Shown here piece after piece: positions 7,183-10,437 of a DNA stretch of 10,437 bases. Below the pieces are notes generated by a model that saw nothing but the letters and a program-made list of their open reading frames with translations, searched no databases and had not been told where the DNA came from. Source of the DNA: Octopus sinensis (taxonomy: Eukaryota). Position 1 is the first letter of the stretch. Each line of letters opens with the position of its first letter. The stretch covers positions 1 through 10,437 of the forward strand of contig NW_021827373.1 in NCBI RefSeq assembly GCF_006345805.1. Direction: 5' to 3'. The translations under genes and the position numbers were made by a program.

Positions 7183-7468
7183 GGTATGTTTCAGAAAAAA
7201 AGCAATCTTCAGGTATTGGGTGTAAACTAGTGACTCTGGTTTTCGCAGCTTTCATCCCACCGTATATGAAGAGCAGAAGCTTTGGGCACATTTTCAGTAA
7301 CTGTTCGAAAGTCCTAGTGAGAATCACTGCTACTGGAAACATGTCCTCGTTTCCGAAGGTCATAGCAGGCGCCATCTTAGGTGAGATTAGCCATTACAGA
7401 TGTGTCTGTCTGACAGACTGAACTTCCATAAATAAACATTGGGTAACATGCTCCAATCTGGACTGCAG

Positions 7469-7643
7469 CTGCTACTGCTGCTACTACTGCTGCTGCTTCT
7501 ACTACTACTACTACTACTACTACTACAACTTACATAGTAGTAGTGGTGGTAGTGGTTGTGACATTGGTGGTGACAATGATAACAACAGCAGCAATAGTTG
7601 TAGTAGTTGTGGTAGTAGTAGTAGTAGTTGCAGTAGTAGTAGT

Positions 7644-7692
<49 letters not shown>

Positions 7693-7763
7693 AAATAGTA
7701 GTAGTGGTGGTGGTGGTGGTGGTGGTGGTGGTAGTAGTAGTTGTGGTAGTTGTAGTAGTAGTC

Positions 7764-7801
<38 letters not shown>

Positions 7802-7930
7802 GGTAGCATTGATGACTGTATAGTAGTAATAGTAAGAGAAGAAGAAGAAGAAGAAGAAGAAGAAGAAGAAGAAGAAGAAGAAGAAGAAGAAGAAGAAGAA
7901 GAAGAAGAAGAAGAAGAAGAAGAAGAAGAA
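7469..7930. repeat. Compound trinucleotide array: (CTG/CTA)n, then (TAG/TGG)n, then perfect (GAA)31 at 7838-7930
   Basis: Read directly from the sequence. Confidence 0.97.
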
Positions 7931-8238
7931 ATAATAGAGATGATAACGATATATTGGGAGGCTACAGAAAGTAGAAACAATCCCTATTATAATGGATGCC
8001 TTGGGAATTGACTTACAAAAGAGGCAGACACATAAGATCACCCTGAAACCCAGGAGCTACTCTTATATATATATACACACACAATGCATAGAAAAATAGC
8101 ACTGTTAGACACTGCATACACATTTCAATACAATAGAAATTACAAGACAATAATAAAACAGTATATTACAAAACCCAAGGTCCACAGAGCTAAGCTCGGT
8201 TGTGCTATGACAGCACGCAATAAAAATAAGACCGACTG
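7928..8238 (+). mobile_element. Second, more decayed R4/Dong-clade 3' fragment
   Basis: ata gag atg...aaa gta gaa aca atc cct att ata atg gat gcc ttg gga (IE...KVETIPIIMDALG) and aaaatagcactgttagacactgca (KIALLDTA). The 3'UTR ccaaggtccacagagct..gctcggt...gcacgcaataaaaat...actg|aataataa matches the 2981-3330 copy. Confidence 0.8.
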
Positions 8239-8720
8239 AATAATAACGGCGATGACGATGATGATAATAATAATAATAGTAATAATAATAATAATAATAG
8301 TAATAATAATAATAATAATGATGATGATATTAATAATAGTAATGATAATAATAATAATAATAATATATAATAAATAATAATGAGTAATAATAATAATATA
8401 ATGACAATATAATAATAATAAATAATAATGATGATGTGATGATGATAATAATAATATAATAGTAATAATGATAATAATAATAATAATAATAATAATATAA
8501 TAAATAATAGTAATAATAATATATGATGATGATGATGATAATAATAATAATAATAATAATAGTAATAATAATAAAGATAATAATAAGATAATAATAATAA
8601 TAATAATATATAATAATAATAATGATAATAATAATAAGAAGAATGATAAAAGCAATAAGTGTGACAACAACAATAATAATAATAACAACAATAATAATAT
8701 ATTCATGGTTTAATAATAAC
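8239..8720. repeat. ~480-bp degenerate (TAA)n array with TGA/TAG/CAA variant blocks
   Basis: Read directly from the sequence. Confidence 0.97.
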
Positions 8721-8791
8721 GCAAGGAACAAAGTCACTTCACAACATAACTTCAAAAACTATGTATGATTTTCTTTTATTTTCTTCCTTAG

Positions 8792-8974
8792 CAGCAAGCA
8801 ATTTACTTCTTATCCGAGCATAGAGGCTGGATTGTAAATCTTACCTGCTTTCCTGATAAATCAAGACCAATATCTAAGATATCTATGCTACGTCAAAAAG
8901 CTAAAATCTGTTACTGCATTCGGTTGTGTGAATTCAAAGGAAACATGGATTTGGCAATCTGTAGTAGTAACTGA
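8792..8974 (+). other. Candidate terminal exon (strong acceptor, no strong donor; AATAAA at 9113-9118)
   Basis: Acceptor ttttcttttattttcttccttag|cag. Frame 0 is open for 60 codons (QQAIYFLSEHRGW...AICSSN*); an alternative frame gives SKQFTSYPSIEAGL*. A GT-rich tract follows the polyA hexamer. Conflicts with the minus-strand candidate at 8845-8887. Confidence 0.2.
8845..8887 (-). CDS. Candidate 43-nt internal exon (IDILDIGLDLSGKQ); host gene unknown
   Basis: Minus strand: acceptor ttttagctttttgacgtag|, donor CAG|GTAAGA; one frame is open. Splice signals only. Confidence 0.25.
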
Positions 8975-9137
8975 ATATTGGAAATTTGTCTCGGCTGACA
9001 TTTTAACATGAAAGCTTTGACCAAATCCTATAAAACCTCCCAAAATAGCTGTCAAAGGCACAAAAATCAACTTGATGTAAAAATAACAGGTTTCACATCT
9101 CTCTTTATGAGCAATAAATAATCTGAGGGAAGCGAGG

Positions 9138-9192
9138 TGTTGTTGTTGTTTGTTGTGGTGGTGGTAGTGGTGGTGGTGATGGTGGTGGTGGT
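9138..9192. repeat. (GTT)n/(GGT)n microsatellite
   Basis: Read directly from the sequence. Confidence 0.9.
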
Positions 9193-9244
9193 AGGAAAAG
9201 GGTGAGGGATTATACTTGTTTTTGGTTCTTTTGTGTTTTTGCAG

Positions 9245-9290
9245 TATTTCTTGCCAAAATTGGAAATTACCTAACTGTTTGTCTGTGTCA
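9245..9290 (+). other. Candidate 46-nt exon
   Basis: Acceptor ttcttttgtgtttttgcag| and donor TCA|GTAAGC. Two frames are open (FLAKIGNYLTVCLC or ISCQNWKLPNCLSVS). Confidence 0.18.
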
Positions 9291-9578
9291 GTAAGCAAAG
9301 AATAGTACAATGAAGAAACCATTAGACCAGGAAGCTCAAGGCTTCTTTCTCTCTCTCAAAAAAAAAAGGAAAAAAAGGAAGAAAAAGCCTGCTTTCTTTT
9401 TCTCTGTTCTGAAGCTTTAATGCTAAATAGGATATTGATAATAATACTAAAAATCGGTGGAATATCGACAAGGGCCATTTATTTAGGATATACTGCTAAT
9501 TCATAATTCTTCACTATTTTTCTCAACACAGCATTTTCTATACTATTATATAAAGTATAATGCCATTCACACAGGCAT

Positions 9579-9870
9579 TGTACTCTTCCATTCTAACTGT
9601 ATAGCCTTTCAAACCAACAAAGGAGTCTCTAGAAGGTCACACCACCTTCAAAAAGAAATAGCAACCAAACTTACTCAAATGTCACTTTATTATAGTTTTA
9701 AACTGAAGGACATATTGGGTAATATGTACTCTTCCATTCTAACTGTATAGCCTTTCAAACCAACAAAGGAGTCTCTAGAAGGTCACACCACCTTCAAGAA
9801 GAAATAGCAGCCAAACTTAGTCAAATGTCACTTTATTATAGTTTTAAAATGAAGGACATATTGGGTAATA
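9579..9870 (+). repeat. Tandem duplication, 2 x 146 bp (9579-9724, 9725-9870) with 4 mismatches, within a family D repeat
   Basis: Direct comparison of the two units shows differences A/G, A/G, C/G and C/A. Confidence 0.95.
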
Positions 9871-9881
9871 TTGTCTTAGAT

Positions 9882-10126
9882 CAGTGACTTGCTAACCTTT
9901 ACAGCCCAATGTCTTTAAATATTAATTTCTTTCAATGGTTCTGATGTTGAAATGTCTTTTACATGAACACATATATATCAGTTTATAGTATATTTTGTAC
10001 TACATGATGCCAAAGGTATAGTTTTGCTTTGAAAATCACTTGCACCCCATAAATACCAAACAGTCTGATACACATACCGTAGGTTTGCCGTTGGCGATAT
10101 GCGTGTCATAGGTCAGCTATCACTAA
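9882..10126. mobile_element. Non-autonomous hAT (Buster/Charlie-type) MITE with an 8-bp TSD
   Basis: TSD TCTTAGAT at 9874-9881 and 10127-10134 (nnnTAnnn pattern). Imperfect TIRs: left cagtgacttgctaaccttt, right-end reverse complement tagtgatagctgacctatgacacgc. Confidence 0.7.
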
Positions 10127-10223
10127 TCTTAGATACACTGATTGAATAAAGGATTGGATGGTTTAAAGCTGGAAAGCCTTTGAACCAAGGTTACATAACA
10201 ATAACAACAACAACAACAACAAT
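10127..10223 (+). repeat. Family D repeat 3' part with (CAA)n tail, resuming after the MITE
   Basis: tcttagatacact...ggatggtttaaagctggaaagcctttga followed by (CAA)n; resembles 302-380. Confidence 0.5.
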
Positions 10224-10261
10224 AAATATCACTTGTATTATAAAATAATGCCCGACCTTAC

Positions 10262-10339
10262 CTTTATTATTGTGCAACAATACCCATGGTGTACTACAAG
10301 CATTTGTAGATAAAAATCTCTCACTGCTTCTTTACAATC
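10262..10339 (-). CDS. Candidate 78-nt phase-0 internal exon (DCKEAVRDFYLQMLVVHHGYCCTIIK); host gene unknown
   Basis: Minus strand: branch CTAAC, then atgcttttacaatagattag|, 26 open codons, donor AAG|GTAAGG. Requires use of the second AG. No homology recognised. Confidence 0.28.
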
Positions 10340-10437
10340 CTAATCTATTGTAAAAGCATGTTAGAACATAATTCATCGTAAGATCTCCATCGTGTTACAT
10401 CCAGATTCCATGCTAAAATGAACTGGATTGGTTCTCA

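Noticed and set aside
7387-8755. Longest ORFs in the track (197, 172, 188 and 141 aa; poly-S/F/T/I/L/Y)
   Set aside because: They are translations of trinucleotide microsatellites that lack stops in some frames; there is no protein-like content.
8888-9322. 144-aa minus ORF with a poly-His tract as a metal-binding protein
   Set aside because: The His/Gln run is the (GGT)/(GTT) microsatellite, there is no recognisable domain, and the ORF spans low-complexity DNA.

Overview
This is an AT-rich, repeat-saturated eukaryotic window. The repeat families match my recollection of Octopus (coleoid cephalopod) genomic DNA, probably intronic or intergenic; I could not check this against a database. No long protein-coding gene is present, and the long ORFs in the track are microsatellite artefacts. 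The window holds: (i) at least three tRNA-derived SINE families, labelled A, B and C here, in about 13 full or partial copies, including a full-length A copy with a perfect 64-bp flanking duplication, a full-length B copy with a 17-bp TSD, an opposite-strand nested A/A stack and a tandem B cluster; (ii) two 3' fragments of an R4/Dong-clade (REL-endonuclease) non-LTR retrotransposon, both ending at (TAA)n; (iii) a 245-bp hAT-type MITE with an 8-bp TSD; (iv) a perfect 26-bp palindrome; (v) a 146-bp tandem duplication; (vi) decayed LINE-like remnants; (vii) very long compound microsatellites; and (viii) a few short candidate exons, including a 21-nt in-frame microexon candidate, none assignable to a gene. 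I found no CRISPR array, true tRNA/rRNA gene or prokaryotic system. The most notable signals concern mobile-element mechanics and dsRNA-forming inverted repeats.
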